Of a DNA stretch of 64,000 bases, positions 28,309 to 37,900 are shown piece after piece. Under the pieces are notes generated by a model. It did no database searches. It was not told the DNA's origin and saw only the letters and a program-made list of their open reading frames with translations. The stretch covers positions 1 through 64,000 of IMG/VR virus record IMGVR_UViG_3300020169_000014, one strand, 5' to 3'. This DNA is from an uncultured virus (IMG/VR IMGVR_UViG_3300020169_000014). Taxonomy: Duplodnaviria; Heunggongvirae; Uroviricota; Caudoviricetes. Position numbers and translations under genes: made by a program. Positions within the stretch are counted from its first letter, which is position 1; every line of letters starts with the position of its first letter.

Positions 28309-29054
28309 ATAATATATCCGTCCTTATCTAATCCACAGGAATAATGTCTGACAATAACTTCACCTTCTGGTCTAGTCCTTGCCCAGTTGAATGCGTTATA
28401 ATAGTTCCAACGCAAATCATCTTCCAAGATACCATACTTCAGGTCTTTGTATTTAGGTTCTTTCTCGGTCAACCACCAAAGACTGAACTGATCCCATGAC
28501 CGAAGACTTTCTATATATCCTTCAGGCCACCAGTCACGATCCATTTGTCTGCGTGTGAGATCCCACCAATCATCCATGAACTCACGTACAATAGGTTTGG
28601 TCATATCGTAAAGTGCAACACCACCACATAGAGTGAACTTGGATGGGCCATCGGGAGTATCAAAACTTCTTTCGGCATAGACATATTCACGATCATCGGT
28701 CAATTCAGAGAATAAGATGTCTTCGTCACGTCTTTCCAATTCATCAAAACAAATGCGGATATCTTCGTGTTCCACTTCCATATCAACATCGAGGTACATG
28801 GTTAGGTCATATGGAGAACGAGCCATACCATCTAGTTTTGCACGGTAGTGGGATGAACACCATTCAACATTATCAAATAAATCTCGGTGTATTTCTTCGA
28901 ACATCCACTCTTCGCAGAATAGTGTAATCTTCGCATCTTCGTAATAATCCAGAATAGATTCTGCTAGATTGATCGCATACCGATAGAAGTTAATCTTATT
29001 CGATGCAACCAACACATAACCTTTAGACTTCTCAGACATCTTCCTCAACTCCAA
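28305..29054 (-). CDS. GT-A fold glycosyltransferase-like protein
   Basis: GYVLVA...AINLAESI, RAKLDGMARSPYDLTMYLDVD (DxD), GGVALY, WDQFSLW, WN, IVRHY; likely start ATG at 29039. Confidence 0.75.
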   Translation of the reverse strand: MELRKMSEKSKGYVLVASNKINFYRYAINLAESILDYYEDAKITLFCEEWMFEEIHRDLFDNVEWCSSHYRAKLDGMARSPYDLTMYLDVDMEVEHEDIRICFDELERRDEDILFSELTDDREYVYAERSFDTPDGPSKFTLCGGVALYDMTKPIVREFMDDWWDLTRRQMDRDWWPEGYIESLRSWDQFSLWWLTEKEPKYKDLKYGILEDDLRWNYYNAFNWARTRPEGEVIVRHYSCGLDKDGYII

Positions 29055-29487
29055 GTTCTTCTTTTAAAAGCAACATAGCAAAAAGATTCGCTTCTACCTT
29101 GGACTTTGCTCGTCTAAGTTTAGACTTGAGTTTTCTGTTCTTAGAGTTTTTAATTTCTTCGGTTTCGAAGATTTCTAATTTATAGTTAAAGAGTTCTTCT
29201 AACTTACGTGCACGTGCGTGTTCCACATCACGTTGTTTATCTTCTTCTTTTTCGGCAGCTTTACGAATCTTACGGTCTTCGGTATTTCTATCTACAGACT
29301 CTTCACCTAAAGCATCAATGACTTCATTGAACAATTCATTTTCACTACCATCCTTATTCTTGCGACTCAACATCATTACTTGTCGGGTCTCGCGATCCAG
29401 ATCATCTTTCATTTCTAGGATACAGTTGAGTTTTTCTTTCTCCTCTGTTTCCCAGAACGCATTATCCATCCATCTTTTATAACTCAT
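29032..29487 (-). CDS. Charged helical hypothetical protein (possible fibre chaperone)
   Basis: Good RBS (GGAGAA); E/K/R-rich; directly follows the giant repeat gene and overlaps the glycosyltransferase start. Confidence 0.7.
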   Translation of the reverse strand: MSYKRWMDNAFWETEEKEKLNCILEMKDDLDRETRQVMMLSRKNKDGSENELFNEVIDALGEESVDRNTEDRKIRKAAEKEEDKQRDVEHARARKLEELFNYKLEIFETEEIKNSKNRKLKSKLRRAKSKVEANLFAMLLLKEELGVEEDV

Positions 29488-29536
29488 TTCAGTTCTCCAA
29501 TTGTATATTATTTACATTATACTATATATCAAAAGA

Positions 29537-32500
29537 TTAAGCAACCCTTACGTACAAGGTATATGTCTCAATCACTCCTGTTCCGGAATCAACAGTTGTT
29601 CCGGTATAATTACCAGTAAAGTTTCTGGCATAATTTCCTGCGAATGTTCTACTATAGTTACCCGCAAAACCTCTACTATAATTACCAGTAAAGTCACCTA
29701 AGTATGACGAGGTTCTAGTTCTAGTAGAATCTATGGTATATGCTGAATTTCGACTTCTACTAAAAGTGGATACTCTAGTTCGTGCAGAGGTTCTGACCGA
29801 AGTTCTTGAGTAGTCCCCAACAAAAGTTCTACTATAGTTACCAGTAAAGTCTCCGACATAATTAGAAGATCGGGTTCTTGCATATTCACCAACAAAGGTT
29901 CTATTGTAGTTACCCACAAAGTTACCCGCAAAGTCTGAAGTAGAATCCCGAGTATATTCTCCTACAAAGTTTCTGTTGTAGTTACCAACAAAATCTCCTA
30001 CGAAAGTCCGGCCATAATTACCACCAAATATTCTTGAGAAGTTACCAGTGTATTCTCCTACAAAATCAGTCGCACGAGTTCTTGCATATTCTCCCACAAA
30101 GTTTCTGTTGTAGTTGCCGACATAGTTACCCGCAAAACCTCTTGCATAGTTACCAACAAATCCTCTATTGTAGTTACCGACAAAATTACCCGCGAATGTA
30201 CTGATACTATTTCTTGTGTATTCCCCAACAAAAGTTCTATTGAAATTGCCGGTATAATTACCCCCAAATCCACGATTGTAATTACCTGCGAATGCACGAG
30301 CATAGTCACCAATAAAGTTTCCAATAGAGTCGGTTACCCGAGTCCTAGAATAGTTACCTGCGAATGCACGAGCATAGTTACCTTCAAATGCACGAGTCGA
30401 AGTGCGGAGAGATATACGGGTATAGTTACCAACGAATCCTCTATTATAGTTACCGACAAAATTACCTGCGAATGTACTGATACTATTTCTGGTATAGTTT
30501 CCGGTAAAGGTTCTACCATAGTCACCAACAAAGTTTCCAATAGAGTCGGTTATACGAGTTCTTGCGTAGGCAGATACACGATTACGAATATAAGACGATG
30601 CACGAGTACGTATATATGTGGATATTCTACTACGGGTCGATATACGAGTATATTCACCAGTATAGTTGCCGGTGTAGTTGCCTGCAAATCCACGAGTATA
30701 ATCACCAGTGAAATTACCTGCGAACGTGCGAGTATAGTTCGATGACAATGTGAGCATATCAGTGATACTAGGACTTGCTGCGTTTGTAGTATCATCTACA
30801 CGAGGTTCCCAGAACTGTTGATTGGTCGCGGTATCTGTTGAGTAATACAAGTATGTTCTGTGGTATGCAGTAGTGTTACCACTCCAGACAAAATCATTCT
30901 GAGCGGATACAACTTTCTCACCCGCCATATTATAGATACCAGAGTCAGCATGAGCCGCACCGGTACCAGAACCTTCGGGGAAAACGTGACCGACTACCAA
31001 AAACCATTCGTTTTGAGATTCGGTACCATACCACCAACCTCTCGCTTGGAAGTACGGATTACTGTTAGATGCACCATTACTTCTGTTCAATACTGTTCCG
31101 CCAACACCAAGATAGAATGAACCATTACCAATAACTTTACGTCTTACCCATGTAGAGAATCTGTATAGTTTGGTTTTATCAACTGAGAAAGCTGAAGTAT
31201 TCCAACCACCATCTGCATTAGATGTCGCATCTTGATTTGACACATCCCAAACGATATCAGTACCCTTCGGAGAAGTGTCGGAAATACGTGAGTTACCGTC
31301 CCCGTTCTGATTATAGTTAGTTGCAGAACCAGTACCAACTGTCCAAGCAGGAAAGTTCTGCCACAACAAGTTAGATTGATCTGAGTAACGTGTACCAGTT
31401 GTACCTACGAACTGAACGATACTATCACGAGTTGATGTACGAGTATACGTAGAACTTCTGTTTTGAATACGAGTTCTTGTGTAATTACTAGGTCTACTGC
31501 GTGTAGATATTCTAATGTATGCGGATGATCTACTACGTGCCGATATACGAGTATATGTGGAGAGACGGCCGCGGGTCGATGGGTTTATTGAAGTGCGAAT
31601 ATATGAAGAATTTCTACTACGGGTCGATATTCTAGTATACGCAGAGATGCGAGTTCGCGAATAGTCACCTATAAAGTTTCGCGAATAGTTTCCTATGTAG
31701 TCTCCGGTATAATATCCAATGCGAGTGTAGTCGCCTATGTAGTCACCTGCATAAGATCCAATGCGAGTATAGTCACCCGTAAAGTCACCTGCGTAATATC
31801 CAATGCGAGTAAAGTATAATGGAGTTATTCTATTACGAATAGATATGCGAGTATAGTCTCCGGTATAGTACAATGTGCGAGTATAGTTACCGATGTAATA
31901 TAGAGTTCGAGTATAGTCGCCTGTATAATACAATGTACGAGTATAGTTACCGGTGTAATATAGAGTTCGAGTATAGTCGCCCGTAAAGTTACCTATATAA
32001 TATCCGGTTCGGATATAGGTATCGATTCGATTCGAAGTACGGGTACTTGTTCTAATGTACGTACCGGTTCCAATTCTAGTACGTATAGATGTTCTGATAT
32101 AATATCCGGTCGCAGTTCTGGTTCTCGAAGAATATCTCAGGTAATTCGCAACCCCCAAATAATCACCGGTATAATACACTGTCTGTTTAACTATTCGAGT
32201 ATAGTCACCTACATAGTTAACTATTCTATTATAGTTACCTACAAAATTACCAACATAATACAATGTACGAGTGTAGTTACCTGTGAAATTACCAATGTAA
32301 TACAATGTACGAGTGTAGTTACCTGTGAAATCACCTGCATAATATGATGTACGTTGGTAGTATAATGTAGCAATTCTGTCTCTTATTGATATACGTTGGT
32401 AGTTACCAGTCGCAATTCTGGTACGAATATATGTTCCGGTGGCAGTTCTGGTACGAATATATGTTCCGGTGGCAGTTCTGGTTCTGATATAGTCACCAGT

Positions 32501-34897
32501 TGCAATTCTTATACGAGTATAATTTCCGGTATAGTTACCAGTATAGGTCGAATCACGAGTATATGTTAAAATTCGACTACTAGTTCGAAGACTCGTTCGG
32601 ATATAGTTGAGTGTGCGAACTGAAGTTCGAAGACTCGTTCGGATATAGTTGAGTGTGCGAACTGAAATACGTGTGCTGTTTCTGGTATATGCAGAAGGAC
32701 GAGTACGGCCATATTCTCCTACGAACCCTCTATTATAATTGCCAGTATAATTGCCAGCAAACGCACGAGTATAATTTCCGGTATAGTTACCAATGTAGTT
32801 TCCGGCAAATGTTCTTTGGTAGTTACCAGTATAGTCGCCAGCAAACGCACGGTTATAATTTCCGGTATAGTTACCAGCAAATGATCTACCATAGTCGCCG
32901 ACATAATTACCGACAAATGTTCTTGCGTAATTACCACCAAAGTTACCGACATATCCTTGGAATCTGTCGCGAGTATATGTTACCAATGAATTCCGTGAAG
33001 AAATACGAGTGTAGTTGGAACCTCTTGTTCTTGCACTAATACGTGTTGATATACGAGAATAGTTGCCGGTATAGTCACCCGCAAACCCACGTGAATAGTT
33101 ACCTATAAATGTTCTATTATAATTACCAACAAATGTTCTATTATAGTTACCAACATAGTCACCGGTAAAAGTTACAAGTCTATCCCGAACATAATTGGAA
33201 ACTCGGCCACGAGTGTAGTTACCAATAAAGTCACCGGTAAAGTCTGTTACTCGATCACGTGTATATGCGGATATTCTCGTGCGTGTATAATTGCCTGTAT
33301 AATTACCTGCATAATTAGAAACACGAATTCTTGCGTATGCAGAGATACGAGTACGGCCGTAGTTACCAACATAGTTACCGGTAAAAGTCGTTAGTTGATC
33401 TCTGGTGTATGTGGAGCTTCTAGTTCGGGTATATGCGGAGATACGAGTACGGGTACTTATTCTAGAGTATGATGATACTCTGTTACGTGCATAGTTGCCA
33501 ACAAAGTCGCCAATAAAGGATGTTACTCGATCACGAATATATGCACTGGTACGTGTTCGCGAATATGTTGATATGCGATTACGTGAGTATGTTCCTGCGT
33601 ATGCGGATACTCTAGTACGGGAATAATCCCCAACAAAATTACCAATATAGTTTCCCGAAAACACGGTTGTGTATGTAGATGTTCTGTTACGAGTATATGT
33701 ACTCAACCTGTTGCGAATACTATTTCTACTGTATGCAGATACTCTTGTTCTAGAATAATTGCCTACAAAGTTACCTGTGAAAGTATTGATACTATCTCTG
33801 GTATATGCAGAAGATCTATTGCGAACATACTCGCCCACAAAGATTCTAGAGAAAGTATCAGTACTGTTTCTAGTGAAAGTTGAAGCACGGTTTCTTGTGT
33901 ACTCACCTACGTAATTACCGACATACTCACCCACATAATCTCTGATATATTGTCCCGAAAAGTTTCGAGTGTAGTTGCCAATATAATTTCCACCAAAATC
34001 TCGGGTGAACGTATTTGTGCTATTACGAGTGTATAGTGAAGTTCTTGTTCTTGCGTATGCGGATGAACGATCACGAGTATAAGAAGATGCACGAGTACGA
34101 ACATATGCAAGTTCTGAAGTTGTTCTTTTAGTATTGGTCGCAGTACCTTTTGCGGCCCAAGTTCCTGCACTTACCGGAGTTCCCTGAGTCGCAGATCTTA
34201 ATTGGTAAGAACCAATATTACCCACCTTTCCCCTAAGAGTTTTACAGTGTTGTCCATAAGTGTAAGTAATCTGGTTAACAGATTGTTCTTGTAATCCACC
34301 AAAACTGGCGGCAGAACCTGACCCAATCATACCAATCGGAGACGTGGCTGTCGGTGCAGTCATTGCATCACGTTGGTAGATATTGTATACTGTAGAAGTT
34401 CCGTTACCTAATGTATCTGTGTATACAGCGGGGATAAATGTACCATAGTCCGCACTAGGTGCAGAAGAACCGAGGTAAAAGGTGCCTGGATAATCAGATA
34501 TTGCAATACGTGCATTCAGACGAGTACATAAGGTATCCATATCTACATCAGTAAATTCATGAATACCTACATCACCCGAAGTGTTCCAACCAACCGGTCT
34601 GTTATAAAAACTACCAGTATAGTTCGCATCATTAGATAGTTGTCTTAGATTAGTCGTAGTTGTGCCGGAAGTGATAGATGATGCGGGATGGGTACCATCA
34701 GGTTCATTGTAGAAAGTATCAACGAAAGAACCAATGATAGTACCACTAGAGAGATGCAAGTCTCCCGCAGAAGAACCCGAAGAATTCTTTAGTTGAATAC
34801 CTGCAAGATAGGCGAGATAGTTCTCTTCCGTAGGAGTCATCTCCTTCAGATCACCATTCGTACCTTCTAACTTTAGTGGGATATCAGATGCGGCCAC
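29537..34897 (-). CDS. Giant self-complementary tetrapeptide-repeat protein A (1786 aa), predicted beta-hairpin fibre with an inserted globular domain
   Basis: 264-aa N-domain paralogous to 34946-38032; units YxRx, RxSx, SxRx, (F/Y)xGx; non-repetitive 221-aa insert; ends ETYTLYVRVA. Confidence 0.85.
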   Translation of the reverse strand: MAASDIPLKLEGTNGDLKEMTPTEENYLAYLAGIQLKNSSGSSAGDLHLSSGTIIGSFVDTFYNEPDGTHPASSITSGTTTTNLRQLSNDANYTGSFYNRPVGWNTSGDVGIHEFTDVDMDTLCTRLNARIAISDYPGTFYLGSSAPSADYGTFIPAVYTDTLGNGTSTVYNIYQRDAMTAPTATSPIGMIGSGSAASFGGLQEQSVNQITYTYGQHCKTLRGKVGNIGSYQLRSATQGTPVSAGTWAAKGTATNTKRTTSELAYVRTRASSYTRDRSSAYARTRTSLYTRNSTNTFTRDFGGNYIGNYTRNFSGQYIRDYVGEYVGNYVGEYTRNRASTFTRNSTDTFSRIFVGEYVRNRSSAYTRDSINTFTGNFVGNYSRTRVSAYSRNSIRNRLSTYTRNRTSTYTTVFSGNYIGNFVGDYSRTRVSAYAGTYSRNRISTYSRTRTSAYIRDRVTSFIGDFVGNYARNRVSSYSRISTRTRISAYTRTRSSTYTRDQLTTFTGNYVGNYGRTRISAYARIRVSNYAGNYTGNYTRTRISAYTRDRVTDFTGDFIGNYTRGRVSNYVRDRLVTFTGDYVGNYNRTFVGNYNRTFIGNYSRGFAGDYTGNYSRISTRISARTRGSNYTRISSRNSLVTYTRDRFQGYVGNFGGNYARTFVGNYVGDYGRSFAGNYTGNYNRAFAGDYTGNYQRTFAGNYIGNYTGNYTRAFAGNYTGNYNRGFVGEYGRTRPSAYTRNSTRISVRTLNYIRTSLRTSVRTLNYIRTSLRTSSRILTYTRDSTYTGNYTGNYTRIRIATGDYIRTRTATGTYIRTRTATGTYIRTRIATGNYQRISIRDRIATLYYQRTSYYAGDFTGNYTRTLYYIGNFTGNYTRTLYYVGNFVGNYNRIVNYVGDYTRIVKQTVYYTGDYLGVANYLRYSSRTRTATGYYIRTSIRTRIGTGTYIRTSTRTSNRIDTYIRTGYYIGNFTGDYTRTLYYTGNYTRTLYYTGDYTRTLYYIGNYTRTLYYTGDYTRISIRNRITPLYFTRIGYYAGDFTGDYTRIGSYAGDYIGDYTRIGYYTGDYIGNYSRNFIGDYSRTRISAYTRISTRSRNSSYIRTSINPSTRGRLSTYTRISARSRSSAYIRISTRSRPSNYTRTRIQNRSSTYTRTSTRDSIVQFVGTTGTRYSDQSNLLWQNFPAWTVGTGSATNYNQNGDGNSRISDTSPKGTDIVWDVSNQDATSNADGGWNTSAFSVDKTKLYRFSTWVRRKVIGNGSFYLGVGGTVLNRSNGASNSNPYFQARGWWYGTESQNEWFLVVGHVFPEGSGTGAAHADSGIYNMAGEKVVSAQNDFVWSGNTTAYHRTYLYYSTDTATNQQFWEPRVDDTTNAASPSITDMLTLSSNYTRTFAGNFTGDYTRGFAGNYTGNYTGEYTRISTRSRISTYIRTRASSYIRNRVSAYARTRITDSIGNFVGDYGRTFTGNYTRNSISTFAGNFVGNYNRGFVGNYTRISLRTSTRAFEGNYARAFAGNYSRTRVTDSIGNFIGDYARAFAGNYNRGFGGNYTGNFNRTFVGEYTRNSISTFAGNFVGNYNRGFVGNYARGFAGNYVGNYNRNFVGEYARTRATDFVGEYTGNFSRIFGGNYGRTFVGDFVGNYNRNFVGEYTRDSTSDFAGNFVGNYNRTFVGEYARTRSSNYVGDFTGNYSRTFVGDYSRTSVRTSARTRVSTFSRSRNSAYTIDSTRTRTSSYLGDFTGNYSRGFAGNYSRTFAGNYARNFTGNYTGTTVDSGTGVIETYTLYVRVA

Positions 34898-34930
34898 AAA
34901 TTCACTTCTCTAATTTATTAAACTTATTTC

Positions 34931-34938
34931 TATTTATA
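34931..34938 (-). promoter_or_regulatory. T4-type late promoter for repeat protein A and downstream genes
   Basis: TATAAATA on the minus strand, intergenic. Confidence 0.8.
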
Positions 34939-34945
34939 AGTTTAT

Positions 34946-37900
34946 TTATGCGGTTCTTACATACAGAGTATATGTTTCAACTGAGAATGTAGTATCCCTA
35001 ATAGTCTGACCCACGTAGTCTCCTACAAAGTCTCTGGAATAATTACCGGCAAAGTTTCTACTATAATTACCGGTATAGTTGCCGCCAAAATCTCTAGTAC
35101 TTGTTCGAGTAGACTCTCTAGTATATGAAGATCCTCTAGTTCTGGTGTATGTAGACCCACGATTTCTTATAAAGTTTGTATTACTTACACGGGTATAGTT
35201 GGAGTTTCTATTTCTGGTAAACTCACCAGTATAATCACCGACATAATCCGCAGCATAAACTCCAACGTATGTAGATGCTCTTAAAGTTATGTATGACGAA
35301 ACCCGAGATCTACTGAAAGAATCGAACCTTGTTCTGGCTGATATTCGTGTGAAATCTCCGGTATAGTTGCCGCCAAAATCTCTTGTGTAATTACCTGCAA
35401 AGTTTCTTGAGTAAGACGATACCCGAGTTCTGATATATGTCGAATAACGATCATTTAAACTAACTCTGGTAAATAGACCTGCATAATTACCGGTATAGTT
35501 ACCGGCAAAGTCTCTCGTATATTCACCGGTATAGTTACCAGTATAGAGTGAAACCCTAGTCCGTATATAATTACTGTTTCTTTCTCGGGTAAAGTCTCTT
35601 GCATACTGTCCCGAGAAAGTAGAAGACCTAGTCAGTATATAATTACTGTTTCTTTCTCGGGTAAAGTCTCTTGAATATTGTCCCGAGAAAGTAGAAGATC
35701 TAGATCTTATGTAACTAGAATCTCTATTTCTGGTAAAGTCCCTCGCATATTCTCCCGCAAAAGTAGAAGATCTAACTCTTATGTAATTCGAATTTCTAGT
35801 TCTTTCATAGTTTCTTGAGTATTCGCCAACAAACAATCTATTATAACTTGATACTCTGGCTCTTTCGAAGTTTCTTGAGTATTCCCCAGCAAACTCTCTA
35901 GAATAAGTAGATACCCGAGTCCTAGTAAATTCGCGAGTGAATCCCTGCAAATATGAACTGACTCTTGTGAAATCACCAATGTATGAAGGAACCGTCCTAG
36001 TAGCTATAAAGTCACCGGTATACGTAGCGGGGCCAGCAAAGTAAAGACCACCACCCGATTTGTCGTATCTGACAGAATTCACAAATCCCGCAAAAGTAGA
36101 TGTACTGTTACGAGTATATTCTCCTCCCGGCAATCCCAAATAACCAGCACCCACAAAGTCTCTTGTGTAATCACCAGTATAGTATAAAGTACCTTTTAGG
36201 TATTCTGCACGAGCTCGTGTATAATTACTTACTCTAACACCACCATATGTGGATGTCGAAGTGCGTGTAAAGTTTAATGTTCGAGTGAAGTTGCCAATAT
36301 ATGTTGAGAAACGAGTTCTGCTGAAGTTTCTATTATATGTAGAAATTCTATCTCTTGTATAGTCACGTGCATATTCACCAACAAAGGCTCTATTATATGC
36401 TGAACTTCTATCTCTAGTGAAGTCACGTGCATAGTTACCAATATATGTGGCAGTATAATTGCCAGTGTAAGTTGATGACCTAATTCTAGTGAAGTCACGT
36501 GAATATTGTCCAGAGAAAAATCTGGAGTAATTGCCAGTGTAAGTTGATGACCTAATTCTAGTGAAGTTACGTGCATATTGTCCAGAGAAAAGTCTGGTAT
36601 AATCGCCAGTGTAATTAGAATTTCTAATTCTAGTGTAGTCACGTGCATATTGTCCAGAGAAAAATCTGGTGTAATCGCCAGTGTAATTAGAATTTCTACT
36701 TACTATTCTTGTTCTGGTATAGGTAGATGTTCTAGCACGTGTCGAGATTCGTGTATATTCACCTACATAGTTACCAGCATAGTTGCCAAGAAACATTCTA
36801 GTATAGTTGCCGGTAAAGTCTCTGGAATAATTAGATGTACGAGTTCTACCATAAGCCGATTCCCGAGTCCGTGTGAAGTCTCTGGTATAATTGCCTGTAA
36901 ATTCACCGGCATATGAACTGATACGTGTCGCTATGAAATCTCTAAAAAAGGTACGTGAAAAGTTGCGACTGAAGTTACCTGTGTAATTTCCAATATAGTT
37001 GCCTGTAAAGTCTCTAGAATAGTCTCCGACAAAAGTTCTACCATAGTCGCCAGTAAAATCACCGGTATAATTGCCCGTAAATTCTCTGGTATAGTTTCCT
37101 ATAAATTCTCTGGTGTAATTGCCTGTGAATTCACCGGCATATGAAGTTGTCCCTGTGCGAGTGTAATCATCAGCGTAAGCCGAAGGTCTAGTTCTCGTGT
37201 ATAAAGATGCTCGTGTGCGAGTATAGTTCTGTTCACTGACAACACGAATGGTGTTTGCAGCACTACCTACATTCTTCCAAGTACCACCGACAGGTATACC
37301 CTGCGAAGAAGTTCTAAGTTCATATGATCCGACCGCACCATCAATTGCACGTCTGGTTTTCGCACGTTGACCAATAGTCACTTGAACTTGACGATCTGTT
37401 AATGCTTGTAATCCTTCATAAGTACCAGAGGCGCCACTACTTCTCTTCAGTCCCGCGAGAGTGACCGAAGTTGGAGCAGTCATTGCAGTTCTACGCCATA
37501 TACTATAGTCATTTACAGTATATGGGTTCCCCGAAGAGTCAGCACGTTGATCATGCAAAACACTAGGGACTAGAATGTCATAGTCTGCACTAGGTCTGGT
37601 CGAAGACAACTTGAGAGAGCCTGGATAGTCAGATAGTGCGATACGACCATTGATATCATCGATGAAAGTGTTCAGATCATTATCCGACATTTCATATACA
37701 TTACTTTCATAATGTCCGACTGGTTTTCTCCAATCACTATCATTCTCTAGTGCGGTACCATTGATCTGATATAAATTTGTTGTGGTGGTAATAACCGATT
37801 GGGCATTATATGGATGAGTTCCAACGGGTTCTGGATAATAGGTATCCGTCAGAGATCCAAGAGACCTATTTCCACTTGCACTGAGCGTAAGAAGCCCTAC

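Noticed and set aside
29597..37225. DNA-level inverted repeat or sense/antisense coding as the cause of the arm symmetry
   Set aside because: Paired units checked are not reverse complements (RASS = CGT GCA TCT TCT versus FTGN = TTT ACT GGT AAT). The symmetry is visible in the peptide; a full DNA fold was not computed.
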